Positions 20,326-32,394 of a stretch of 64,000 bases of DNA are shown one piece after another. Source of the stretch: Escherichia coli (GTDB lineage Bacteria; Pseudomonadota; Gammaproteobacteria; Enterobacterales; Enterobacteriaceae); the NCBI RefSeq assembly GCF_003019035.1, contig NZ_CP027447.1; one strand, given 5' to 3'. Under the pieces are notes generated by a model. That model saw only the letters and a list, made by a program, of their open reading frames with translations. It ran no database searches and had not been told where the DNA came from. The translations under genes were made by a program, and so were the position numbers. Each line of letters begins with the position of its first letter. Position 1 is the first letter of the stretch.

Positions 20326-20579
20326 GGAATAACGATCATGCCGTCGGTACGAAAGGAACCTGAGGAGATGGTCGCCGCCTGATCCGCCGAGTTATGGCTG
20401 AAGTCTGCGAGGGCAGCAACATCGCGAGCGCTGTAAGGCGTTTCCAGTTCAATGGTGGTTTTCGCCCACGTCGACATCACCAGATGAGTCTCGACATTCG
20501 GCATCTCCCGCAGCGCTTGCAGTAATGCCACACCAAGAGGCGCACCGGTAGCCCCTGTCATCCCGACGATCAGTTTCAT
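20241..20579 (-). pseudogene. Truncated UbiX/Pad1-family flavin prenyltransferase (EcdB/KpdB-like): only N-terminal ~105 residues remain, then frameshifted tail and stop
   Basis: Translation matches UbiX through ...DGLVGR then diverges (STTMGNC*); full UbiX is ~190 aa; 3' end overlaps UbiD-like ORF. Confidence 0.75.
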
Positions 20580-20596
20580 TGCTTACTCTCTTAATT

Positions 20597-20610
20597 GTTC
20601 GTATACGAAC
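20597..20610. promoter_or_regulatory. Perfect 14-bp palindrome GTTCGTATACGAAC in divergent promoter region; candidate MarR-family operator
   Basis: Read directly; lies between divergently oriented decarboxylase genes and MarR-family gene. Confidence 0.35.
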
Positions 20611-20725
20611 GTTATTATTAACATACTCCTTCATTTCCACAGCGGCAAGGATTGAAAAGTAACAACATCTTCTTCGTCACTGAAAAACCGCTATGATAGC
20701 GACAGAGAATTAGCCCGGAGTTTAC

Positions 20726-21133
20726 ATGGCGTTACGAAATAAAGCGTTCCATCAGTTACGACAGCTTTTTCAGCAGCATACGGCCCGCTGGCAGCACGAG
20801 TTACCTGACCTGACCAAACCACAGTACGCGGTGATGCGCGCCATTGCTGATAAGCCTGGTATCGAACAGGTGGCACTGATAGAAGCAGCAGTCAGCACCA
20901 AAGCAACGCTGGCAGAAATGTTGGCAAGAATGGAAAATCGTGGCTTAGTCAGACGTGAACATGACGCCGCTGATAAGCGGCGACGCTTTGTCTGGCTGAC
21001 TGCCGAAGGAGAAAAGGTACTTGCTGCGGCGATACCGATTGGCGACAGTGTGGATGAGGAATTTTTGGGGCGTTTGAGTGGAGAAGAGCAGGAGCTGTTT
21101 ATGCAGCTGGTGCGCAAGATGATGAGCAAATAG
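20726..21133 (+). CDS. MarR/SlyA-family transcriptional regulator (135 aa)
   Basis: Winged-helix MarR-like sequence, divergent from decarboxylase genes. Confidence 0.8.
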   Translation: MALRNKAFHQLRQLFQQHTARWQHELPDLTKPQYAVMRAIADKPGIEQVALIEAAVSTKATLAEMLARMENRGLVRREHDAADKRRRFVWLTAEGEKVLAAAIPIGDSVDEEFLGRLSGEEQELFMQLVRKMMSK

Positions 21134-21207
21134 GATGTTGATTGCCGGATGGGACGCTGACGTGTCTTATCCAGGCGACAAAACACACCGACTCCCAAAT
21201 AAAAGAA

Positions 21208-21240
21208 AAAGGCCAGCCTCGCTTGAGACTGGCCTTTCTG
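21208..21240 (-). terminator. rpoS rho-independent terminator (AAAGGCCAG...CTGGCCTTT hairpin followed by T-run on minus strand)
   Basis: Inverted repeat with adjacent A-run on plus strand just downstream of rpoS stop. Confidence 0.55.
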
Positions 21241-21252
21241 ACAGATGCTTAC

Positions 21253-22245
21253 TTATTCGCGGAACAGCGCTTCGATATTCAGCCCCTGCGTTTGCAGGAT
21301 TTCGCGCAAACGGCGCAGGCCTTCAACCTGAATCTGGCGAACACGTTCACGGGTGAGGCCAATTTCACGACCTACATCTTCCAGTGTTGCCGCTTCGTAC
21401 CCCAGCAAACCGAATCGACGTGCCAGTACTTCACGCTGTTTGGCGTTCAGCTCGAACAGCCATTTGACGATGCTCTGCTTCATATCGTCATCTTGCGTGG
21501 TATCTTCCGGACCGTTCTCTTTTTCATCGGCCAGGATGTCCAGCAACGCTTTTTCGGAATCACCACCCAGCGGGGTGTCTACCGAGGTAATGCGCTCGTT
21601 AAGACGAAGCATACGGCTGACGTCATCAACTGGCTTATCCAGTTGCTCTGCGATCTCTTCCGCACTTGGTTCATGGTCCAGTTTATGGGACAACTCGCGT
21701 GCGGTTCGCAGGTAAACGTTCAGCTCCTTTACGATGTGAATCGGCAAACGAATAGTACGGGTTTGGTTCATAATCGCCCGTTCGATCGTCTGGCGAATCC
21801 ACCAGGTTGCGTATGTTGAGAAGCGGAAACCACGTTCCGGGTCAAACTTCTCTACCGCGCGGATCAGCCCCAGGTTGCCCTCTTCGATAAGATCCAGCAA
21901 AGCCAGACCACGATTGCCATAACGGCGGGCAATTTTTACCACCAGGCGCAAGTTACTCTCGATCATCCGGCGGCGAGAGGCAACATCTCCACGCAGTGCG
22001 CGACGCGCAAAATAAACTTCTTCTTCGGCCGTTAACAGTGGTGAATAACCAATCTCACCAAGGTAAAGCTGAGTCGCGTCCAGCACACGCTGTGTGGCTC
22101 CCTGCGATAACAGTTCCTCTTCGGCCAAATCGTTATCACTGGGTTCCTCTTCTACTAAGGCCTTTTCGTCAAAAACCTCAACTCCGTTCTCATCAAATTC
22201 CGCATCTTCATTTAAATCATGAACTTTCAGCGTATTCTGACTCAT
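21253..22245 (-). CDS. rpoS: RNA polymerase sigma factor RpoS (sigma-38, 330 aa)
   Basis: Sigma-70 family regions 2-4; start [14 protein letters not shown]; codon 33 is GAG (Glu), no amber. Confidence 0.97.
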   Translation of the reverse strand: MSQNTLKVHDLNEDAEFDENGVEVFDEKALVEEEPSDNDLAEEELLSQGATQRVLDATQLYLGEIGYSPLLTAEEEVYFARRALRGDVASRRRMIESNLRLVVKIARRYGNRGLALLDLIEEGNLGLIRAVEKFDPERGFRFSTYATWWIRQTIERAIMNQTRTIRLPIHIVKELNVYLRTARELSHKLDHEPSAEEIAEQLDKPVDDVSRMLRLNERITSVDTPLGGDSEKALLDILADEKENGPEDTTQDDDMKQSIVKWLFELNAKQREVLARRFGLLGYEAATLEDVGREIGLTRERVRQIQVEGLRRLREILQTQGLNIEALFRE

Positions 22246-22307
22246 AAGGTGGCTCCTACCCGTGATCCCTTGACGGAACATTCAAGCAAAAGCCTGGTTC
22301 CGCCGAT

Positions 22308-23447
22308 TTATCGCTGCGGCAAATAACGCAGCGGGTTTACGGATTTCCCCTTGTAACGAATTTCAAAATGCAAGCGTGTTGAACTGGTTCCGGTGCTACC
22401 CATGGTTGCTATTTTTTGCCCCGCCTTCACTTCTTGTTGTTCCCGGACCAGCATTGTGTCGTTATGGGCGTAGGCACTCAGGTAATCATCATTATGTTTG
22501 ATGATAATCAGATTACCGTAGCCGCGCAGCGCGTTACCGGCATAAACAACGCGGCCATCTGCAGTCGCGATAATTGCCTGTCCTTTGCTGCCTGCGATAT
22601 CAATCCCCTTGTTGCCCCCCTCAGAAGCGCCAAAGGTTTCGATCACTTTGCCCTCAGTCGGCCAGCGCCAGGTGGAGATAGGCGTACTGGTTGATGTACT
22701 GCTGACAGTCGGCTCGGTTGTGCTTGCTGTTGGTACCGTTACAGGCGCTGTGACCGTGGTCGCAGTTGGCTTGTTGTTCGGCAACATTTTGTTAGCACTC
22801 TGTTCACCCGAAGACTCAGAATACGTAATTGTCGGTTGCGACGCAACAGCAACGGTGGAATTTTGTGCAGGCTTGATCACAACTCCTTGCTCTGCTGCGT
22901 CGGCCTGGGTAATGGCATTTCCGCCAGTGATTGGCGTACCGGAAGCATTCCCCACCTGTAAGGTCTGACCGACGTTCAGCGCGTATGGTGCCTGAATATT
23001 GTTGCGCTGAGCAAGGTCACGGAAATCGTTGCCAGTAATCCAGGCGATATAGAAAAGTGTGTCGCCTTTTTTCACTGTATAGGTACTGCCGCTATAACTG
23101 CCTTTCGGAATGTTCCCATACTGACGGTTATAGACGATGCGTCCGTTTTCCATCTGTACCGGCTGCTGAGCTACTGGCTGCACCGGCTGGATTTGCGGTT
23201 GTTGAGTGGCCTGAATTTGTGGCTGCTGTACCGGCTGAATTTGCGGTTGCTGCGCTGTAGACGTCGTCCCCATTTTCGGCGGCGGCGTAATCAACATACC
23301 AGAATTGGTATTTGCAGGCGCATTGCCATTAACGGAGCTGACCGGGGCCGGTGGATTTGAAGTGTCAGAACAGCCTGCCAGCCATAGCGAAACCAGTGAC
23401 AAAGCCGCAATGCGGCGAACGGTGAATTTTGGGCTTCCCGCGCTCAT
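22308..23447 (-). CDS. nlpD: Murein hydrolase activator lipoprotein NlpD (LysM + LytM/M23 domains, 379 aa)
   Basis: Lipobox LAGC, LysM, C-terminal M23-like domain. Confidence 0.95.
   Translation of the reverse strand: MSAGSPKFTVRRIAALSLVSLWLAGCSDTSNPPAPVSSVNGNAPANTNSGMLITPPPKMGTTSTAQQPQIQPVQQPQIQATQQPQIQPVQPVAQQPVQMENGRIVYNRQYGNIPKGSYSGSTYTVKKGDTLFYIAWITGNDFRDLAQRNNIQAPYALNVGQTLQVGNASGTPITGGNAITQADAAEQGVVIKPAQNSTVAVASQPTITYSESSGEQSANKMLPNNKPTATTVTAPVTVPTASTTEPTVSSTSTSTPISTWRWPTEGKVIETFGASEGGNKGIDIAGSKGQAIIATADGRVVYAGNALRGYGNLIIIKHNDDYLSAYAHNDTMLVREQQEVKAGQKIATMGSTGTSSTRLHFEIRYKGKSVNPLRYLPQR
23154..23252 (-). repeat. In-frame imperfect tandem repeat inside nlpD encoding QQPQIQ(P/A)(V/T) units
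   Basis: Three ~24-27-bp repeats visible in DNA and protein. Confidence 0.6.
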
Positions 23448-23586
23448 TTATCCCCCAGGAAAAATTGGTTAATAACCAGTGACATAATTACCGTGCAAGG
23501 CACCATACTGAACACTGGAAAAGATGTTCACGATACGCTGACCTGCGGCAAAATAACCAGGAAAAATCCAGGTATTTCCTCACGTT

Positions 23587-24948
<1,362 letters not shown>

Positions 24949-24968
<20 letters not shown>

Positions 24969-25998
24969 AATCACCTGTTGTGTTGATAAGTTCCCTGACA
25001 ACGCTGGTTGCAAAACTACCCGCCGGAAGCCAGAAACGGATTTCTACGGTGACGTCATCCCACCAGTTCCAGCTTAATTGTTGCGGATACAGCAGCATCG
25101 CTCTGCGCGCGGCTTCAACTTTTTCGCGCACCAGTAAGGCTTGTAATTCAGTTTCTGCGGCGACAGCTGCTTGTTCGAATGCCAGCGCTTCACGCTGAGT
25201 TCCCCATTCGCCACTGCCCGGCAATGCGGCGGTTATCATTAGCTCTTTATCGTTGACGCGACACTGTAATTCCGCCAGTTCTTCGGTGGTTGCGACAAAC
25301 CAGCTACCACGTCCGGCTAATTGTAGCGCATCGCCGTCAACAACTTGATTAACGTCTGCTTTTTTGAGGCGCTCAGCAACAATCTGATTAAACAACGCAC
25401 TGCGGGCTGCCGACAACCAAAAACTCCGTTTATTGCGATCGCGCACCGGAGTATTGGTTTGCGCCCAGCGCAGCGCGCCCTGCAAGTTGCTACCGCCAAT
25501 CCCAAAACGTTGGGCACCGAAGTAGTTCGGTACACCTTTTACGCAAATATCGATCAGACGTTGTTCAACGTCATCGCGATTGCTCACTTCGCGTAGTACC
25601 AGGGTAAAGGCGTTACCTTTCAGCGCCCCTAAACGCAGCTTGCGCTTGTGCCGCGCATACTCCAGCACCTGGCAGCCTTCCAGTTGAAAGGCGCTCAGAT
25701 CGGGCATCTCTTTGCCCGGCACGCGAGCGCATAACCACTGTTCCGTAACAGCATGTTTGTCTTTTTGCCCAGCGAAGCTGACTTCACGGGAATGAATTTT
25801 CAGGAATTTCGCCAGTGCATCCGCCACAAAACGGGTATTGCAGCCGTTTTTGAGGATTCTAACCAGAATATGCTCACCTTCACCATCAGGCTCAAAGCCC
25901 AAATCTTCCACCACCACAAAGTCTTCCGGATTGGCTTTCAGCAGCCCGGTGCCTTGCGGTTTACCGTGGAGGTAAGTGAGATTATCAAACTCAATCAT
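24949..25998 (-). CDS. truD: tRNA pseudouridine-13 synthase TruD (349 aa)
   Basis: 349 aa, conserved context. Confidence 0.93.
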
Positions 25999-26474
25999 TT
26001 TGTTGCCTTAATGAGTAGCGCCACCGCTTCACAGGCAATCCCTTCCCCACGTCCGGTAAATCCAAGTTTTTCCGTAGTAGTGGCTTTCACGTTAACATCA
26101 TCCATATGGCAGCCGAGATCTTCGGCAATAAACACGCGCATTTGTGGAATGTGCGGCAACATCTTCGGTGCCTGAGCGATGATAGTGACATCGACGTTGC
26201 CAAGGGTATAACCCTTCGCCTGAATACGACGCCAGGCTTCGCGTAGCAGCTCGCGGCTGTCGGCACCTTTAAATGCCGGATCGGTATCCGGGAACAGCTT
26301 GCCGATATCTCCCAGCGCCGCCGCGCCAAGCAATGCATCGGTCAACGCATGGAGCGCCACATCGCCATCAGAATGCGCCAGCAATCCTTTTTCGTAAGGA
26401 ATGCGTACGCCACCAATGATAATTGGGCCTTCACCGCCAAAGGCGTGTACGTCAAAACCGTGTCCAATTCGCAT
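25995..26474 (-). CDS. ispF: 2-C-methyl-D-erythritol 2,4-cyclodiphosphate synthase IspF (159 aa)
   Basis: [12 protein letters not shown]... His/Asp zinc motif. Confidence 0.96.
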
Positions 26475-27184
26475 TATGTATTCTCCTGATGGATGGTTCG
26501 GGTGAGGTAAAACTCGGCCAGTGCCAAATCTTCCGGGCGCGTGACTTTAATGTTATCCGCGCGGCCTTCGACCAACTGCGGATGAAATCCGCAATATTCC
26601 AGCGCCGAGGCTTCGTCGGTAATGGTAGCGCCTTCATTTAGAGCGCGCGTCAGGCAGTCATGTAACAGCTCACGAGGGAAAAATTGCGGCGTCAGCGCGT
26701 GCCATAAGCCGTTGCGATCAACGGTATGAGCAATGGCATTTTTGCCCGGTTCGGCACGTTTCATCGTATCGCGCACTGGTGCGGCGAGGATCCCCCCCGT
26801 GCGGCTGGTTTCGCTCAACGCCAACAGGCGCGCGAGGTCATCCTGATGCAGACAAGGACGAGCGGCGTCATGCACCAATACCCACTGCGCGTCGCCAGCG
26901 GCTTTCAGACCTGCCAGCACGGAATCGGCACGCTCTTCACCACCATCAACAACCGTGATTTGTGGATGATTCGCCAGAGGAAGTTGTGCAAAACGGCTAT
27001 CGCCAGGACTTATGGCAATGACGACATGTTTCACCCGGGGATGCGCCAGCAGCGCATGCACCGAGTGTTCAAGAATGGTTTGATTACCGATTGAGAGATA
27101 TTGCTTAGGACATTCCGTTTGCATTCGACGGCCAAATCCGGCCGCCGGAACCACGGCGCAAACATCCAAATGAGTGGTTGCCAT
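26474..27184 (-). CDS. ispD: 2-C-methyl-D-erythritol 4-phosphate cytidylyltransferase IspD (236 aa)
   Basis: PAAGFGRRM motif, 236 aa, overlaps ispF. Confidence 0.96.
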
Positions 27185-27202
27185 GTTAATTCCTGGGCTG
27201 AT

Positions 27203-27514
27203 TTATCGATTGTTTTGCCCCGCAGACTGTGCGCGCTTCGACGCGTCAGGCACCAGACGATAAAAAGTTTCGCCCGGCCTGGTCATGCTGAGTTCATTAC
27301 GCGCACGCTCTTCGAGCGCCTCCTGGCCGCCATTGAGATCGTCAATTTCGGCAAAAAGTTGATCGTTTCGCGCTTTAAGTTTCGCGTTTGTAGCTTGCTG
27401 TGCCGCCACATCATCATTGACGCGGGTATAGTCATGTATACCGTTCTTACCGAACCACAGCGAATACTGTAGCCAGACCAGAATAGCCAGCAACAGCAGC
27501 GTTAGTTTACCCAT
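27203..27514 (-). CDS. ftsB: Cell division protein FtsB (103 aa)
   Basis: TM helix + coiled coil, 103 aa. Confidence 0.93.
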
Positions 27515-27707
27515 CCTGCCCCCTGAAAAACGGCATCATCATCCCATGCATCCGAAGACGACTCTACATCCTCTGTTGGGGATACCGCGACAACGCGGGC
27601 AAATGTACCACATTTGTCCATTGTTACGTATACCCAGGGCGTGCAGAACATAATCTCATTATTAGTTACGGTTTGAATTATGAACAGAGGAGACAAGAAA
27701 GTACAAA

Positions 27708-28031
27708 TTAGCCCAGTAGCCACATAAACAGTGCGCCAAACATAATGCCTACTGTCACCAGGGTGAAAACAATACTGTAGCGTAGCTTTCCGTCCATCAA
27801 TGAATGCAGCGCAATCCCCACCACTACCGCGACAGGCATCAGTGCCAGAAAGAAAGGCCAGGTGTAGATAAAGAAGAACAGCGTGTTAGAGCCATAAATC
27901 AACATCGGCATCGCCAGCGCAAATAACCATGAGATAAAACCGACCACGGCACCAGGCAGTGACCATGTGGTTTCTTCATCCTCAGTAAGGCTGTCGTTAT
28001 TTGTTAGTGTAATGTTATGGCTATTACGCAT
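27708..28031 (-). CDS. ygbE: Small inner-membrane protein YgbE (DUF3561-like, 107 aa)
   Basis: 107-aa hydrophobic ORF in conserved position. Confidence 0.8.
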   Translation of the reverse strand: MRNSHNITLTNNDSLTEDEETTWSLPGAVVGFISWLFALAMPMLIYGSNTLFFFIYTWPFFLALMPVAVVVGIALHSLMDGKLRYSIVFTLVTVGIMFGALFMWLLG

Positions 28032-28080
28032 ATTTGATCCTGTTACTTTGACGAACCGGGCATGGAAACCCGGTGGTGTC

Positions 28081-28686
28081 TCAGGATCTGATAATATCGT
28101 TCTGTCTCAACAGATCTAATAATTGCTGTACCAAATTTGTTACTAATTGTTCACCATTGAGATGAATTTCTGCCGATTCAGGCGCTTCGTAAACGGAATC
28201 TATTCCCGTAAAGTTGCGCAGTTCACCGGCACGCGCTTTCTTATATAAGCCTTTTGGATCGCGGGCTTCGCAAATCGCCAGCGGTGTATCGACAAACACT
28301 TCGATAAAGCGCCCTTCTCCTACGCGTTCGCGAACCATCTGGCGTTCGGCGCGGTGTGGCGAGATAAATGCGGTCAGCACCACCAGTCCGGCTTCAACCA
28401 TCAAATTCGCCACTTCACCGACGCGACGGATATTTTCTTTACGATCGGCATCGCTAAAACCGAGATCGCTGCATAATCCGTGGCGAACATTGTCGCCATC
28501 CAGCAGATACGTACTGACGCCAAGTTTATGTAACGCCTCCTCCAGCGCCCCCGCGACGGTTGATTTACCGGAACCAGAGAGGCCGGTAAACCACAGCACA
28601 ACACCACGATGACCGTGGTGCTGTTCGCGTTGTTGCGGAGTTACTGGGTGGCTATGCCAGACGACGTTTTCGTCATGCAGCGCCAT
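28081..28686 (-). CDS. cysC: Adenylylsulfate kinase CysC (201 aa)
   Basis: P-loop GLSGSGKST. Confidence 0.96.
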   Translation of the reverse strand: MALHDENVVWHSHPVTPQQREQHHGHRGVVLWFTGLSGSGKSTVAGALEEALHKLGVSTYLLDGDNVRHGLCSDLGFSDADRKENIRRVGEVANLMVEAGLVVLTAFISPHRAERQMVRERVGEGRFIEVFVDTPLAICEARDPKGLYKKARAGELRNFTGIDSVYEAPESAEIHLNGEQLVTNLVQQLLDLLRQNDIIRS

Positions 28687-30113
28687 TATTTATCTCCCAG
28701 TAAATCGCGCGCACCCCAATGCGGGAAATGGCGGCGAACCAGGGCATTCAATTCCAGTTCGAATGCACTGAATTGAGATGGCGCAGCAGTTGCCTGGCTA
28801 ACTGGCTCGTGCACCATACCGGCACCTACGGTCACATTGCTCAGGCGATCGATAAAAATCAGCCCACCGGTCACCGGATTTTGCTGATAACGATCTAACA
28901 CCAGTGGCTCGTCAAAAGTGAGATCCACCAGGCCGATGCCGTTCAGCGGCAGGTTTTCAACTTCGCGTTGGGTAAGGTTATTGATATCAACCTGATAACG
29001 AATGCCATCAACACGAGCACGCGTCTTCTTACCGGCAATTTTGATGTCGTAACTCTGGCCCGGGGAAAGCGGCTGTTCCGCCATCCATACCACATCCACC
29101 GACGCGCTCTGCACAGCCGGTAACGCTTCGTCTGCCGCCAGCAGCAGATCGCCACGGCTGATGTCGATTTCATCCGTCAGCACCAGGGTGATCGCTTCTC
29201 CGGCAAAGGCTTCTTCGCGATCACCATCAAAAGTCACGATCCGCGCGACGTTTGATTCCACACCAGAGGGCAGCACTTTTACACGTTGCCCGACTTCCAC
29301 GCGACCGGATGCCAGCGTTCCGGCGTAGCCACGAAAATCGAGATTCGGACGGTTAACGTACTGCACCGGGAAGCGCATTGGCTGAGCATCCACCACTCGC
29401 TGGATCTCCACGGTTTCCAGCACTTCGAGCAGTGTCGGACCGCTGTACCACGGCATACTTTCACTTTGCGAAGCCACGTTGTCGCCTTCCAGTGCGGAGA
29501 GCGGCACAAAGCGGATATCCAGATTACCCGGCAGCTGCCCGGCAAAAGTCAGATAATCTTCACGAATACGGGTGAACGTCTCTTCACTGTAATCCACCAG
29601 ATCCATTTTGTTGATCGCCACGACCAGATGTTTGATCCCCAACAGTGTGGAGATAAAACTGTGACGACGGGTTTGATCGAGCACGCCTTTACGGGCATCG
29701 ATCAGTAAGATCGCCAGTTCACATGTCGATGCGCCAGTCGCCATATTGCGGGTGTACTGCTCGTGCCCCGGGGTGTCGGCGATAATAAATTTACGCTTCT
29801 CGGTAGAGAAATAGCGGTAGGCCACATCAATAGTGATGCCCTGTTCGCGCTCAGCTTGCAGGCCGTCCACCAGCAGTGCCAGATCCAGCTTTTCGCCCTG
29901 GGTGCCGTGACGCTTACTGTCGTTATGCAGCGATGAGAGCTGATCTTCGTAGATTTGGCGGGTATCGTGTAGCAGGCGACCAATCAGGGTACTTTTGCCG
30001 TCATCGACGCTACCACAGGTCAGAAAACGCAGCAGGCTTTTATGTTGTTGCGCAATCATCCAGGCTTCGACGCCGCCTTCATTGGCGATTTGTTGTGCAA
30101 GTGCGGTGTTCAT
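28686..30113 (-). CDS. cysN: Sulfate adenylyltransferase subunit 1 CysN (GTPase, 475 aa)
   Basis: GTP-binding motifs [18 protein letters not shown]. Confidence 0.96.
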   Translation of the reverse strand: MNTALAQQIANEGGVEAWMIAQQHKSLLRFLTCGSVDDGKSTLIGRLLHDTRQIYEDQLSSLHNDSKRHGTQGEKLDLALLVDGLQAEREQGITIDVAYRYFSTEKRKFIIADTPGHEQYTRNMATGASTCELAILLIDARKGVLDQTRRHSFISTLLGIKHLVVAINKMDLVDYSEETFTRIREDYLTFAGQLPGNLDIRFVPLSALEGDNVASQSESMPWYSGPTLLEVLETVEIQRVVDAQPMRFPVQYVNRPNLDFRGYAGTLASGRVEVGQRVKVLPSGVESNVARIVTFDGDREEAFAGEAITLVLTDEIDISRGDLLLAADEALPAVQSASVDVVWMAEQPLSPGQSYDIKIAGKKTRARVDGIRYQVDINNLTQREVENLPLNGIGLVDLTFDEPLVLDRYQQNPVTGGLIFIDRLSNVTVGAGMVHEPVSQATAAPSQFSAFELELNALVRRHFPHWGARDLLGDK

Positions 30114-30114
30114 C

Positions 30115-31023
30115 TTAAAAATACCCCTGACGTTTTTTCAGCTCCATAGACCCCGCCTGGTCGCGGTCAATCACGCGGCCCTGACGTTCACTGGTGGTGG
30201 AAACCAGCATCTCTTCGATGATCTCCGGCAGTGTTTGTGCATTTGACTCCACCGCACCGGTCAGCGGCCAGCAGCCCAGCGTACGGAAACGCACCATCCG
30301 TTTTTTAATCACTTCGCCCGGTTGCAGGTCGATACGGTTGTCATCAATCATCATCAACATACCGTCGCGTTCCAGAACCGGACGTTCCGCAGCGAGATAC
30401 AGCGGCACAATGTCGATATTTTCCAGCCAGATGTATTGCCAGATATCCTGCTCGGTCCAGTTAGAGAGCGGGAAGACGCGGATGCTTTCGCCTTTGTTAA
30501 TTTGCCCGTTGTAGTTGTGCCACAGCTCCGGGCGCTGATTTTTCGGATCCCAGCGATGGAAGCGGTCACGGAAAGAGTAGATTCGCTCTTTAGCGCGGGA
30601 TTTCTCTTCGTCACGACGTGCGCCACCGAAGGCGGCATCAAAACCGTATTTGTTCAGCGCCTGTTTCAGGCCTTCAGTTTTCATAATATCGGTATGTTTC
30701 GCGCTGCCGTGTACGAATGGATTAATCCCCATCGCCACGCCTTCCGGGTTTTTATGCACCAGCAGCTCGCAGCCGTAGGCTTTCGCCGTACGATCGCGGA
30801 ACTCATACATCTCGCGGAATTTCCAGCCGGTATCGACATGCAGCAACGGGAAAGGCAGCGTACCTGGATAAAACGCCTTGCGCGCCAGATGCAGCATGAC
30901 GCTGGAATCTTTACCGATAGAGTAGAGCATCACCGGATTTGAGAATTCTGCAGCCACCTCGCGAATAATGTGGATGCTTTCCGCCTCCAGTTGCCGCAGG
31001 TGAGTAAGTCGTTTTTGATCCAT
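30115..31023 (-). CDS. cysD: Sulfate adenylyltransferase subunit 2 CysD (302 aa)
   Basis: PAPS reductase-like fold, 302 aa. Confidence 0.96.
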   Translation of the reverse strand: MDQKRLTHLRQLEAESIHIIREVAAEFSNPVMLYSIGKDSSVMLHLARKAFYPGTLPFPLLHVDTGWKFREMYEFRDRTAKAYGCELLVHKNPEGVAMGINPFVHGSAKHTDIMKTEGLKQALNKYGFDAAFGGARRDEEKSRAKERIYSFRDRFHRWDPKNQRPELWHNYNGQINKGESIRVFPLSNWTEQDIWQYIWLENIDIVPLYLAAERPVLERDGMLMMIDDNRIDLQPGEVIKKRMVRFRTLGCWPLTGAVESNAQTLPEIIEEMLVSTTSERQGRVIDRDQAGSMELKKRQGYF

Positions 31024-31275
31024 AACCGTTCCTTTGCAATACCGCTATTTTCTTGCCATCAGATGTTTCGACTATAGGGAGCGCAGGAGAACGAATGAAA
31101 TTACCAATTAGAATGAGTAGTTCCTTAACGGAATAACGATTTGGCAAAGCTAATATCAAAAAGTGCTTAAGGCACCGGATTTCGGGCGTTTAGGAAGATT
31201 TGAAATTGTTTTAGCGCATCGGCAGTTTCATACTATGGCGGTAAAAAAAATTTGCATGGTATTTAAGGACTCACT

Positions 31276-32313
31276 ATGTTTTCCGCATTGCGCCACCGTA
31301 CCGCTGCCCTGGCGCTCGGCGTATGCTTTATTCTCCCCGTACACGCCTCGTCACCTAAACCTGGCGATTTTGCTAATACCCAGGCACGACATATTGCTAC
31401 TTTCTTTCCGGGACGCATGACCGGAACTCCAGCAGAAATGTTATCTGCCGATTATATTCGCCAACAGTTTCAGCAAATGGGTTATCGCAGTGATATTCGG
31501 ACATTTAATAGTCGGTATATTTATACCGCCCGCGATAATCGCAAGAGCTGGCATAACGTGACGGGAAGTACGGTGATTGCCGCTCATGAAGGCAAAGCGC
31601 CGCAGCAGATCATCATTATGGCGCATCTGGATACTTACGCCCCGCTGAGCGATGCTGACGCCGATGCCAATCTCGGCGGGCTGACGTTACAAGGAATGGA
31701 TGATAACGCCGCAGGTTTAGGTGTCATGCTGGAATTGGCAGAACGCCTGAAAAATACGCCTACCGAGTATGGTATTCGATTTGTGGCGACCAGCGGCGAA
31801 GAGGAAGGGAAATTAGGCGCTGAGAATTTACTCAAGCGGATGAGTGACTCCGAAAAGAAAAATACACTGCTGGTGATTAATCTCGATAACTTAATTGTTG
31901 GCGATAAATTGTATTTCAACAGCGGTGTAAAAACCCCTGAAGCAGTAAGGAAATTAACGCGCGACAGGGCGCTGGCAATTGCGCGTAGTCATGGAATTGC
32001 CGCAACGACCAATCCGGGTTTGAATAAAAATTATCCGAAAGGCACTGGGTGTTGTAATGACGCAGAAATATTCGACAAAGCGGGCATTGCTGTACTTTCG
32101 GTTGAAGCGACTAACTGGAATCTTGGGAATAAGGATGGTTATCAGCAACGCGCAAAAACAGCCGCATTCCCTGCAGGAAATAGCTGGCATGACGTAAGAC
32201 TGGATAATCAACAACATATTGATAAGGCACTTCCTGGAAGAATAGAACGTCGCTGCCGTGACGTTATGCGGATAATGCTACCTCTGGTGAAGGAGCTGGC
32301 GAAGGCGTCTTGA
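31276..32313 (+). CDS. iap: Alkaline phosphatase isozyme conversion aminopeptidase Iap (M28 family, 345 aa)
   Basis: Signal peptide, M28 metal ligands, position adjacent to CRISPR array. Confidence 0.9.
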   Translation: MFSALRHRTAALALGVCFILPVHASSPKPGDFANTQARHIATFFPGRMTGTPAEMLSADYIRQQFQQMGYRSDIRTFNSRYIYTARDNRKSWHNVTGSTVIAAHEGKAPQQIIIMAHLDTYAPLSDADADANLGGLTLQGMDDNAAGLGVMLELAERLKNTPTEYGIRFVATSGEEEGKLGAENLLKRMSDSEKKNTLLVINLDNLIVGDKLYFNSGVKTPEAVRKLTRDRALAIARSHGIAATTNPGLNKNYPKGTGCCNDAEIFDKAGIAVLSVEATNWNLGNKDGYQQRAKTAAFPAGNSWHDVRLDNQQHIDKALPGRIERRCRDVMRIMLPLVKELAKAS

Positions 32314-32394
32314 TGGGTTTGAAAATGGGAGCTGCGAGTTCTACCGCAGGGGCGGGGAATTCTAAGTGATATCCATCATCGCATCCAGTGCGCC

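Noticed and set aside
21142-21819. 225-aa plus-strand ORF overlapping rpoS
   Set aside because: Antisense to rpoS, which is unambiguous.
22245-22281. N-terminal extensions reported by the ORF track (e.g. rpoS +12 aa, surE +15, cysH +51, cas6e +46, fhlA +12, queD +28, ygcS +25)
   Set aside because: The track takes the most upstream ATG/GTG/TTG. Starts were trimmed to the position matching known protein N-termini and RBS context; the extensions are not considered real.
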